This document shows, one piece after another, positions 27,311 to 39,084 of a stretch of DNA of 64,000 nucleotides; position 1 is the stretch's first letter, and each line of letters begins with the position of its first letter. The translations under genes were made by a program, and so were the position numbers. Location of the stretch: contig NC_042997.1 in assembly GCF_006345805.1 (NCBI RefSeq), positions 18,786,001-18,850,000 of the forward strand, read 5' to 3'. This DNA is from Octopus sinensis (lineage: Eukaryota). The notes under the pieces are model-generated. The model saw nothing but the letters and a program-made list of their open reading frames with translations, had not been told where the DNA came from and searched no databases.

Positions 27311-28166
27311 TGGATCACAAAAGTTGAAATGTAGAAAAATTCTTTTTTGGAACTGGTTCTCGAAGTAAATGTAAAGCTTTAAATAATAACATATAAATAT
27401 TAAGCTTAAAAAGCTCTTTTGCACAGAATACCAGTCATATCTACTGTGTGAGTTCATGTCCTATGGGTAACCTTTGATGTTTTCTATTCAAAAGGATTTC
27501 CAACCGAATATCTACAGGCTATTATTTATAACTTTATATGCATTTCAAGAACCAATTCCAAAAAATGAGATATTCCATGTTCTCTTGAATGTTTATAGAT
27601 TCTTATGACGTCAAACTGAAATGTTTTAACATCACAAAATTTCATTTCTCTTCACATCTATCACTTATCTTACTTTAGGAAAATATTGTTCATCATTTTT
27701 ATATTATTCTGCATTTTCCTTTTACATTCTAAAAATACCACACTATTTTCTTTAAGTCAAGGAAGAATTTGTTTTATGTACTCCACACTCACACTGAAGC
27801 TTGAAGTACATTGTATACATTGAACATATGTTGATATGCTTCAACTATCATGAAATGCAGTATGAATACAATGATAGGAAAAATCATGTTGAATTTTATA
27901 GCTATTATTAAAACTTATTGCAACATGTTCACAATGAGTAAAAACCAACATTTTTGTTATTATTTGTAACTTTCACATGAATGTTTTTTAAACAAAGCAT
28001 TTCAGCAGTATGATTACCTGAAAGGTGGAGTATAAACACGTTATCGTACCATGAAAGTAGAGAGGGTGAAGAAAAGAAAAATCAATGAAAGAGATGTGAA
28101 ACACAGAAAATTATTAACCCTTCCAATCAATATTTGTCTTGGAAAATAAGGTAAATGGTGATGAAT

Positions 28167-28167
<1 letters not shown>

Positions 28168-28223
<56 letters not shown>

Positions 28224-28298
28224 GTGGTGGTGATGGTGGTGGTGGTGGTGGTGGTGGTGGTGGTGGTGGTGGTGGTGGTGGTGATGGTAATGATGGTT
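28168..28298. repeat. (GAT)n(GGT)n microsatellite
   Basis: Directly visible. Confidence 0.95.
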
Positions 28299-29713
28299 GA
28301 AAGTTAAATAATCATTTCTGTCAGTTCTTTTTCTTCACCTTTCAAGCTCAAATGTATTTTTGAACTTCTTATGCTTAGTCTTCTTGTTTCTCACCTTCCT
28401 GTGGAGGGTGATGGTATTTCACTTCCCTTGTCACGGTGATGGTGCTCAGGTGCTATTTCGTTAATTAAGAATCAAGATCCATTTTACTTAACAAGTAGTC
28501 TTTAGAGTTGATACAATCAAATCTTGTAGTGACCTAATTAACATATCAAATTGACTAATTCACATGCTAAATAGAAAATGCTCCACTTAATTTATTAAAT
28601 TATCCTTCCTACTGTGACGTGTGAAATGAGATCCGTCTGTTTAATTTTATCCACTAATAAAGCTATGCCATTAGAGAACTGTGTGAAAGCTAACCATCTG
28701 GGAAGTTTCCTTTCACATAAAATGATTCATTAAATTTGATATTATGTTATCAGTTTACTATCTCTATAACACTACTTCTACATTAAATTAAATAATCTAT
28801 TTTGTTTTTACCTGCCCACAATTGTTAATGCAATATTTGCTTTGCCAGTCACTTCCAATTTTTTCTTTAATTTTAATTTTGCCATTGTAAAGTTGTGGTT
28901 GCTAATGAGAATGTTATTTTACATTCTTTGGCATCATTGTTCTGTTTTGATACTTCTACATTGTTTTTAATTCCATCTCCAGAAATTTCTCACTCATTCA
29001 TTCCTTGATACCTTTTCAATTCTAATAACTCTCGTAACCAATCAAATTCCTAGAAGCGTTTTTGTTTATAAGAAAAACCGCTAATAAATTTATTTATTCA
29101 AAGTCTTTCTCACATCTAAGTGCCTCATGTTAAGTCTGTCAAGAAGATTACAGCTCTAAAGATTATGGCACTAAATCTCAATTCTTAAGTTGTCTACAAC
29201 TAACTCAAGCTTCACCATAGTAGAGCACAGCAACCCATGTTCTGAAAATCTCCCTCTGATTCTTAATTTGCATTCTTTCACTGAATTTGTGTTTTAGATT
29301 GTCAAGTGAAACATCATTGACTTTTCTTGTGCGAGAGCAGTTGATATTTGTATTATTGCTTTCTTAATAAATGAATAATTTCCTTTTTAATTTTATGTAT
29401 CAGTTAGTTGCTGGAGGTTACCCTAATCTAAGAGTAACATGTGAGGCCTTTTTAAAAAAATCAGTTAGGCCTTAAATATATCTTCGTTAATATTATACAC
29501 ATAACTGAGGGCTTTCAGAAAAGGTATTACAACTATTACATTATATATAAAGGCACACACACACATGCACATGCAAACACACATGCATGTATACATAAAT
29601 ACAGATGCACACATACACACACACATACTCACACACGCATGCACATACATACATGTATATGTGTGTGTATGTGTGTGCATATGTGTATGTGTGTGCATAT
29701 GTGTATATGTTTT

Positions 29714-29820
29714 CTGCTACATTTGTTTCATTGTTTCATTAGGAGTTTTTATTTTAATATAAACATATACAATTAATTAGATTGTGTAATACGTAATATA
29801 AGTCCCAAATCATCAGGCAA
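29714..29820 (-). ncRNA. Type I hammerhead ribozyme motif with long stem II
   Basis: Minus strand: ttgc-CTGATGA-t-ttggga...tcctaa-t-GAAA-ca-atgaaacaaa-tg-TA-gcag; stem I 4 bp, GUA triplet. Confidence 0.55.
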
Positions 29821-30894
29821 TCAGGTAAACAGATGAGCGATGTCTTATAATCAACAGATTATCAACAAGTGAAATTTCTAATCAGAATAGCAACATTTAC
29901 GAAAATTAAGGTCAATTTGTCCTCTGAGCAGTCACACAAGAAACAATGGTTGAACAAGGTCGTAAATGTGAAGTCAACTGGAGTATCAAGATCTATAACT
30001 ACATAATTAATCTAAATAACCTCACCCACAAAGGTGAATAGAGGCAGAACTCATCCGATATAGTTGATGGTAAGCGCTAAGCAAACATTAATCAAGACAA
30101 GTTCAAAGGTAGTCATGGACAATATTCTCAAAACCCATTTATTGTATAATTGGTATTGTTTTAATTCACTGAAATTAATCATGCTAAAAGTGGAGAAGGG
30201 AAAACAGATAAGGAAAAGGGAAAGAACTAATGGAACAAAATAAACTAAATGAAGTAGAGGGGAAAAGAAGAAAAAGAAAAAAGGGAGAGAGAGACAGATA
30301 GAGAGAGAGAGAGAGAGTAAAAGATAGAGTGAAAAACTAGAGAGCGAATTGGTCAGGACTGTGACTGGAGGGGTGATTGGTATTAATGAATAAATAAATG
30401 TGTGCCTTAAAATAACAAAATTTTTGTAAGTAACACTGTATGCTAATTTAAAAGTATAAATTTATAAATTTAGGAGTTCCTGAACATATGAATGTAGAAT
30501 AGGGAAATATTTAGGTATCATTTAATTATTTAGGAAGAATTTATCAGTTGGAAAGTCAGTTCTTATTAGAGAATGTAAATCAAAACTAATAACCCGGTAA
30601 ATAAGTAGAAAGTCGTTAACCTAATGTTTATATTGACCAAAATTGTCACAATATTACTTAGAATAAAGTAAGTCAATCAAAATTATACAGTTCGGTAGAT
30701 ATCCAAAACATAACCTAATGATTAAAAAATTATTTCGGAGTAAGCAAGGAAGTGTTCAAAGAGTTTATACGAATTATGAAAGTTATAGAGATCATAACAC
30801 AATCAATGTTAAGGGAATTTATTGGACAACATCACATAAAGAATTATAATGTTTGTGATTAAGGAGGATGATGCATTCATTATAAAGATATCCC

Positions 30895-31074
30895 TATAGG
30901 TGTAGGAGTAGCTGTGTGGTAAGTAGCTTGCTTACGAACCACATAGTTCCGGGTTCAGTCCCACTTCGTGGCTCCTTGGGCAAGTGTCTTCTACTATAGC
31001 CTCGGGCCGACCAAAGCCTTGTGAGTGGATATGGTAGACGGAAACTGAAAGAAGCCCATCGTATATATGTATAT
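30895..31074 (+). mobile_element. SINE family A, 5' half (interrupted in its microsatellite)
   Basis: Head and body run up to the (TA) tract; the 3' half resumes at about 32437. Confidence 0.88.
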
Positions 31075-31595
31075 GCTTGACTAAGCCACCTAACGAAACG
31101 ATTGGTCAAAACGTTGATGACGTCACGTTACGCTGGACTGACCACCTAACAGGTGATATAAAACCCAAACAATTCACAAGGTTCACCAGAACTATCCAGC
31201 GAACACCGACCAAAAGTCATCACAGTTGCTCAAGGTAAAATCTAAAATGAATTCCTTGCTCTTTCAGGAACATCAATTTTTTATATTGACTGCATATCAC
31301 CACTTTGATCTATCTTTTATATTGAATGCATATCACCACTATGAACCACTGCATCATACTCTTTGAACATATAGCATGAACGAACTCACTTCACTATATA
31401 TGAACTTTTGATGCCTGACTCTATTGTATGTTATAAATGAATTTTTTATATTTGATAGCATGAACTATCTTTTTTTATATATAACTTTTTTTGATAAGGT
31501 TCATCATTTCAAGAACCGAAACATGTTATAATGTATATATAAAAATTAAAAATTAGTCTAATATAGCAGCATTTTCGAACTTCATTTTTTACAAA
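31075..31595 (+). mobile_element. TA-inserted pLTR-like element with promoter motifs and a degenerate hammerhead
   Basis: ATTGG at 31101, TGACGTCA at 31118, TATAAAA at 31157; tTGATAA-ggttc...gaacc-GAAA-catg-TT at 31491-31527. Confidence 0.55.
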
Positions 31596-31611
31596 TATAT
31601 ATATATATATA

Positions 31612-31822
31612 TATTAATAATAAATATTAGGGAATAAATCCAAACTTACATGGAAAAATCAGATGAAGAAGTTAGCAGGCATGAAACGATCGTATTGTGA
31701 TATTAATTATATTTTTTTAATAATTTTGTTATATATTTAAATAATATAAATTAAATAATCTTATGTATTGGCTTAAGTTTTTCATTGTTTGATTTGCCTA
31801 ATAGTGGTTTTGTCTCTAATTA

Positions 31823-31830
<8 letters not shown>
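31612..31830 (+). mobile_element. Short TA-flanked element retaining the 3' half of a hammerhead
   Basis: ggcat-GAAA-cgatcg-TA at 31678-31694 (palindromic loop); the 5' core is missing. Confidence 0.4.
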
Positions 31831-31873
<43 letters not shown>

Positions 31874-32013
31874 GGGTGTGTGTGAAGAATATATTAATAA
31901 AAGGAATTCCAACCTTGTCTGATTTTCACGTTTTATTTACAATCTTATAATGATATAAGATAATATAATATAATAAAATAAAATAAAATAGAATGTTAAA
32001 TGTTCATTCTGAT

Positions 32014-32058
32014 TGAACTAGTACTTTCATGCATTAAATTCTGCAATCTTCAGATTCA
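32014..32058 (-). ncRNA. Minimal type I hammerhead ribozyme (mirror copy)
   Basis: Minus strand: tgaat-CTGAAGA-ttgca-gaatttaa-tgcat-GAAA-gtac-TA-gttca. Confidence 0.75.
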
Positions 32059-32135
32059 TGTAGTAGTGGTGACAGTCATGCTTCACAATTTTTGACAGTC
32101 AAAAATTGTGAAGCATGACTGTCACCACTACTACA

Positions 32136-32180
32136 TGAACCTGAAGATTGCAGAATTTAATGCATGAAAGTACTAGTTCA
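32136..32180 (+). ncRNA. Minimal type I hammerhead ribozyme
   Basis: tgaac-CTGAAGA-t-tgca-gaatttaa-tgca-t-GAAA-gtac-TA-gttca: stem I tgaac/gttca, stem II tgca/tgca, 1-bp stem III closed by a palindromic GTAC loop. Confidence 0.8.
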
Positions 32181-32299
32181 ATCAGAATGAACATTTAACA
32201 TTCTATTATTTTATTTTATTTTATTATATTATATTATCTTATATCATTATAAGATTGTAAATAAAACGTGAAAATCAGTCAAGGTTGGAATTCCTTTTA

Positions 32300-32340
<41 letters not shown>

Positions 32341-32361
32341 TATAATATATATTATATATAT

Positions 32362-32436
<75 letters not shown>

Positions 32437-32443
<7 letters not shown>

Positions 32444-32885
32444 GCATTTTTGTGTGTCTGTGTTTGTCCCCGTAACTTAGCGCTTCGGCAAAAAAGAGAC
32501 CAATAAAATAAGTACTAGGTTTAGTATAAGTCCTTAGAGTAAGTCCTGGGGTCGATTTGATCGACTAAAGGCGATGCTCCAGCATGGCCACAGTCACATG
32601 ACTGAAACAAGTAAAAGAGTAAAAGAGTAAAAGAGTAAAGAGCATATATATGTATATATATATGTGTGTGTGTGTATATGTTTGTGTGTCTGTACATGTC
32701 CCCCAACATCGCATGACAACCAATGCTGGTGTGCTTATGTTCCTGTAACTTAGCGGTTCGGCAAAAGAGACCGATAGAATAAGTACTAGGCTTACAAAGA
32801 ATAAGTCGTGGGGTCAATTTGCTCGACTAAAGGCGGTGCTCCAGCATGGTCACAGTCACATGACTGAAACAAGTAAAGAGAGAGT
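32437..32885 (+). mobile_element. Two tandem 3' halves of SINE family A
   Basis: 32437-32642 and 32645-32885 each run from the microsatellite to the gtaaaaga tail. Confidence 0.88.
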
Positions 32886-33228
32886 ATCCTAGAACTAAAA
32901 TAATATCATAAATACTGTAAAGTATATATTAGTCATTAGTATTGGTTGCTAAAGCTAGGGTGGATAAGGCATGTTAGTATATGAACCATTACAACGATAA
33001 TGATATTATGATAATCTATGCTACATAAAAATGCTTCAAGAATCTTATTACTAGTGATAAGGTCTATAGATACTTATAGAACGTCCAGGAAAAACTAGAG
33101 AATCAGTTTGAAGAATAAAATGTGGACATTTCATCCTTAGTTCATCTGATTTCTAGAAATTCTATACAGCTGCAATAACAACTATATCTATCACTAACAA
33201 ATAGCTTAACAAATGCCTTGCAATACTT

Positions 33229-33236
33229 CATTATTA

Positions 33237-33304
<68 letters not shown>

Positions 33305-33700
33305 ATTTATGGGATTTTCTTCTTCTTTCAAATTTGCTTCCATTTCTTGCTGAGTGTCTTCCCGACTCCTAGGGCAAAGAAACTCATAGTATACATTGGT
33401 AGGCCATTAAACTAAACTCACTCGTTCGTTAATTTTTTTTTTTTTGATAGAAATAAAGTTAAATTAAAATACATGGGTAGTAATAGTTCTCACAATGCTC
33501 TTCTCAATACATGTGATGTACCAGTTAAGACAATCTTTTACACTTCTTGCAGGGATAGTAAGCCAGGGATCATTCTCATATAATTTTCGGTTCCCTTCTT
33601 GATCATTCCTACGATCACTGGTATTGTAACCGCCTTGAGATGCCACATTTTCTCAATTTCAATGAGCAGGTCTTTATATTTTCTGAGCTTGTCAAATTCT
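33229..33700 (-). mobile_element. R4/Dong-like LINE 3' end with (TAA)n tail
   Basis: Minus strand reads EFDKLRKYKDLLIEIEKMWHLKAVTIPVIVG...QEV*KIVLTGTSHVLRRAL*; the 3' UTR matches 41145-41220; (TAA)n at 33229-33300. Confidence 0.85.
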
Positions 33701-33701
33701 T

Positions 33702-33728
<27 letters not shown>

Positions 33729-33766
<38 letters not shown>

Positions 33767-34260
33767 GAAAGATTCTCCTCAGATAGTTCTTTATTACCGG
33801 TTATTCTTTACTTGAAAGCAGACAACAAATCACCAAAGGTTTCAAGTAGTACCATGTCCTGTGACTCAAAGAGACAATACTCTCTTTAGAATGTGAGCTG
33901 TACCCAACAATGCTGTCTTCTGGATCACCTCCAGCCTGATAGCAGCTCCAATATTCTTAATATGTTTTTTAGATCCGTTGGAAATTGCTCCTAATGTTCC
34001 AATTACCATCGCTATTACCACTTCATTATTATTTCTTGGATTATCTAGAAAGTAGCACTCCATTACAACCACATTCATTTCTTTCGTCCACTTTTTAGCA
34101 ATTGTTTGATGATGATTAGACCCACTCTGTTCACCCATGGGGCACAGCTGGGTGAGAGTTGTTCCAGCCTCATTCACACCGTTCTCATTTCTATTTTTAT
34201 TTGATATTTCAGCACTCATGATGAGGGTAAGTGAATTTTATGTTGCGCAACCACCAGTAT
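33729..34260 (-). mobile_element. Internally deleted R4/Dong-like LINE
   Basis: ORF 33866-34219 joins an N-terminal KWTKEMNVVVMECY motif to C-terminal VIGTLG...QKTALLGTAHILKRVL; ends in (TAA)n. Confidence 0.75.
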
Positions 34261-34301
34261 TCAGTATTTTTTTTTCTGGACACCATCACGGACAGAACCA
34301 G

Positions 34302-34397
34302 AAAATTAATCAAAGGACATACTAAGTATGTCTACCTGCTGGAAATAACAGTCAAAACTCTTGTTAGACATACTTAGTATGTCCTTTGATTAATTTT
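34302..34397. repeat. Perfect 33-bp inverted repeat with 30-nt spacer
   Basis: aaaattaatcaaaggacatactaagtatgtcta (34302-34334) and its exact reverse complement (34365-34397). Confidence 0.95.
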
Positions 34398-34839
34398 AAT
34401 CCTTCAGCTATTTAATGCTTTTTGGGACCTGCAATCACCTATATTATTGATTCTGTTATTGTTATTTTTAAAATTGTTACACTGGATAAAGAAAGAGTTA
34501 TGATATCTTTACAAATTAAATTTTTCATGATCTATTTTTCTCATGAATTGTTTGCTCTGTATATATGTATATATATATATATATATATAAGTAAACCATA
34601 GGGGGTCTACTTCTAGCATAATGGATGTCCACTTAGTGGTCATCCCTCTTATATGTATATATATATATATATATTTAGAGAGAGAGAGAAAGAGAGGGGT
34701 AGATAGATAGATAGATAGATAGATAGCTAAATAGATAGATAGTTAAGTAGATATTAGGGCGAAAGTTGACAGATTGAGTTCTGCCAAGTAGATTGCTGCA
34801 ACTTTCATTCTTTTCAAGGATTGTCTGCCTGTTTATCTC

Positions 34840-34937
<98 letters not shown>

Positions 34938-34952
34938 ATCTATCTATCTATA

Positions 34953-34991
<39 letters not shown>

Positions 34992-35379
34992 GTCTACATC
35001 GTATGTATGATGTACATGTGTATGCACAAACATTCATACAAACATACATATAATATTTGTGTGTTGAGGGTGGGTTGAGGAAGTTAATGGCATATACAAT
35101 TGAAAAAAAAAAAACAGTGAATCAGTTCAAACTTCTTGTACTTGAAATCAGAGTGTTTATATTTCTTTACGTGTATTTATGCATATATATTTATCTAACC
35201 ATGTATTAATGTTTGTTTGCTCTGATATAAAAGAAAGAACTTGTAAAAATCTCAGAGAAATGAAGGACTAACGTCTAAAACATTAAAGTACTTTTATCTT
35301 AAATGAAGCATTAAACTAATACCATATTTGTCAAACTTTATTCTTCCTGTATTGTTCTTTTTATTATTTATTTTTTTTA

Positions 35380-35421
<42 letters not shown>

Positions 35422-35854
35422 TATATATATACATATATATAATATATATATGTATGTATGTATGCATGCATGTATGTATTAAAAATTTTATTATTATTTA
35501 TTGTAATAAAATTGAAATAAATGGTCTTGCCCTGAGATTTTCATCAGTTATGACTCAGTTAGAAAATTCTGAATGTGTTTTGTAATTTTTATCGCTGGAC
35601 TTTATAACATTAGGGTGACTTACGCACATACATACACACACACTTTCTTATACATTCTGTAGATATTGCAGGTTTAGAGCATACATACTTTCACAGTGAT
35701 AGCCATCTGTTATGATTCAGTGAACAAGGTTTTATAGTGGTTTTTCAGCTAACAGTACTGAAATGCCAACTAAACAAATTTTACTTATGAACATACGTAT
35801 TTATTCTGCATACAGTCGTCTGCTGAGGATCTTGCAGTATTAAGCATGGAACAC

Positions 35855-36250
35855 AGCTGTGTGGTAAGTAGCTTGCTTGCCTACCACATAGTTCTTGATT
35901 CAGTACCACAGTGTGGCACCTTTGGCAAGTGTCTTCTACTATAGCCTTGGGCTGACCAAAGCCTTGTGAGTGGATTTGGTTGACAGAAACTGAAAGAAGC
36001 CTGTCGTATATATGTATATCTCTTTACTCTTTTACTCTTTTACTTGTTTCAGTCATTTGACTGCGGCCATGCTGGAGCACCGCCTTTTTAATCGAGCAAA
36101 TCAACCCCAGGACTTATTCTTTTGTAAGCCCAGTACTTATTCTATCGGTCTCTTTTGCCGAACCGCTAAGTAACGGGGACATAAACACACCAGCATCGGT
36201 TGTCAAGCAATGCTAGGGGGACAAACACAAACACACAAACACACACACGC

Positions 36251-36283
<33 letters not shown>

Positions 36284-36364
36284 TATATATATATACATAC
36301 ATATATACGACGGGCTTCTTTCAGTTTCCGTCTACCAAATCCACTCACAAGGCTTTGGTCGGCC

Positions 36365-36365
<1 letters not shown>
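35855..36365. mobile_element. SINE family A 5' half (+) abutting an inverted family A copy (-)
   Basis: 35855-36018 is plus and 36021-36365 is minus. Confidence 0.88.
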
Positions 36366-36404
<39 letters not shown>

Positions 36405-36586
36405 ACTTGAAGGTGCTATTTTTCACCCTCATTTATTAATTTAATCTTTTTGGCATTAATTGCTATGCCCACCAATATTATAATATGTCTAATATGTGTT
36501 AATATATTAATATAGTCTTATAATATCTTATTGTATTATATATATATATATAAATAGACAGATAGATAGATATACATATGTATATA

Positions 36587-36642
<56 letters not shown>

Positions 36643-36679
36643 ATATAATATATATACATACATACATACATATATATAC

Positions 36680-36900
36680 TTATTCTTTTATTCTTTTACT
36701 TGTTTCAGTCATTTGACTGTAGCCATGCTAGAGCACTGCCTTTAGTTGAACAAATTGGCTCCAGGACTTATTCTTTGTAAATCTAGTACTTATTCTATCA
36801 GTCTCTTTTGCCAAACTGCTAAGTTAGAGGGACGTAAACACATCAACATCGGCTGCCAAGTGATGGTGGGCGACTAACACAAACACACATACACACACAT
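36680..36900 (-). mobile_element. SINE family A, 3' half
   Basis: tacttgtttcagtcatttgactgtagccatgc is the reverse complement of the family A tail. Confidence 0.85.
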
Positions 36901-37053
36901 GCCTGCAAACATAGACACACACACATTATATTATATCATATTATATTACATACACACACGTACACCTGTTCACACACATATTTTAGAGTATTATAGTTTT
37001 CATGAAGCTCTGTTTCATTATTATAAATGCCCTTATTTATCTTTTTAAAAACC

Positions 37054-37275
37054 TAAACAATGCAATTTATAAAAATAATAATTTTACCTTAGGACTTCTT
37101 TTTCAGGGAATCTTTGGAGAAAAGGTGTTGTAAACTGACTTCTAGAAGATAGAAAAATCAGCTAATCACACCTATTTTCCAAAGATTACTTGAAGAAGGT
37201 GTTCTAACCTGAAATATTGAAATACCAATTAAAACCATAAATATCTGAATTATTTATATAACTTGCATTGTTTTC
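37054..37275. repeat. Imperfect palindrome, possible decayed MITE
   Basis: aaacaatgcaa/ttgcattgttt ends; inner aatctttggagaaaaggtgt pairs with acacctattttccaaagatt. Confidence 0.6.
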
Positions 37276-39084
37276 GCTTAAAAAATTATAATAATTAAAT
37301 ACATACATGCATTTATGCTGCTAGTTAATATGAGTAACGTATATGATATATATTTCTGTGAGTAACAAGAAGCAGAATACAAAACTAGATAGATTTAAAT
37401 AATTATGATATTATGTTTCCCAGCAAGCTTTTGTTGTTGCTTATATTATTGAGTTTTATCTGTGAAAAGGCCTACAATCATAGGCATTCTAATCATGACT
37501 GATTTGTTTTAGTATGTCAGGGTCTACAATATTCAATGGGTCTTTTTCATTTTTAAGATTATATGGTGTGATTTGAAGGTGATTTGTCTATTATTTCTAG
37601 CAGGATCAGCAACAGAACAGAAGATTCCTCACTGTTTCATGCAAGCATTTATAAAAAGGTATGTTACTTTTGTAAAATTTCTTCTAACATTGTGCTGTGA
37701 TACTTTACAGAGAATGACTGGGTGTATATATATATATATAGCATAACACTACATCTCATGTAATAACACTTTCCTGTCAGTTGTTGGCAATCTTCCCAGA
37801 ATTTTTATTTGATCTTCTCTGACATCTTACAATGGTCATCTTGGAGTAGAGTAAATCAATTTGAATGAAATTAGGTCTTTTTGCTCATACATTTTAAGAA
37901 ATTACTTTCTATCTTTTGGTTTTTATGATAATTGAGGCTTTCAAGTAGAAGTCTAATTACAAATTCCAAATTTTTTCACAGATTCCTGACTGGTATGTCT
38001 ACAATTGCAGTTCTTCCATTGCTTGTGGAGAAATACTTCAATAAGAAGATTATAGTCAGCTTCTTGGCAATGGCAGCTAGTTAGTAACCCTTCTTTTAAC
38101 TCTTGGACTCAAGCCTCTTTTTAAACCCAGATAGTTTATTTTTCTATCTGCTGACTCTTTTTTTTATCTACTATTTTATGTATGGTCCTTAATAACATAT
38201 CTACATTTCCCCTTTTTTTTCTGTTTCTTTTGATAATTCCCTTCCTGAAATGAGACAGATGTCTATTTTTTTTTTTTTTTTCATTAAAGGGGCCATCACA
38301 TTAATTTGAATAATAAATCAACAAAATAATCATTATACCAAATATTAGTGAAACAACTTTGTATACAAATCTTACAACAATTGAACAAAATTAAGAACAG
38401 ATGAGAAAAGTAGAAATAAAGGAATAAAATTAGCTGGAAAATGATACATATTTTAAGAAGTCATATCATTATCTTAATCATAACATGTAACCTTGATTTC
38501 CATGGCATCATTTTGCTGCATTTTAAATAATCAAGATGTTTTCAGATCTACTTTTCTTACAGCTGATTTATCATATAAAAATATACACTCTACTTTGGTA
38601 ATTTTCTGCTATTTTTTCAGAGCAGGATTTTTGTATATAGAAAACTTGATCTTGAAGTTTTGTCAAGCTTCATTATTGAATACACATCATTGTGTTGTCA
38701 TGAGATTTTTGCTTATGAAAACAAAAAGTGGCTTATATAGGTTATCTAATAAATAACATGTTTTTTATTATTCTTCAGGTTAACTAAAAGCTGAGATAAT
38801 GTACTTGGATTTTATTTATGAATTAAAAAGAATGCTAAACATCTCATCATTTTCAGGTCAGTTTCCGTTTATAATCAAGTCATTTCTGTTGTGGTATCTT
38901 TTTTTTTATTATTATTTGGTAGTAATTGACTTGGGTATGTGGAGTATCACTACTTAGACCACAGTCATTGACATAACACACAACATGCAATGAGATACAC
39001 ACTCAAAATGCATGAGCTGAAAGGCTAATAGTTTGTTTACCCTGCTCTTGCAATTTTCTCCCCTCTTTATAGCTGCATTGTTAA

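Larger units (their letters stand above)
31889..32308. repeat. Near-perfect ~420-bp palindrome (about 208-bp arms, 1-nt spacer at 32097)
   Basis: The arms are reverse complements except for about 2 substitutions and one 3-nt indel; centre is tttttgac-a-gtcaaaaa; flanked by (TA)n. Confidence 0.97.

Noticed and set aside
38779-38857. Plus-strand exon bounded by ttcag and gtcagt
   Set aside because: Stops in all three frames; it could only be non-coding and cannot be supported from sequence alone.
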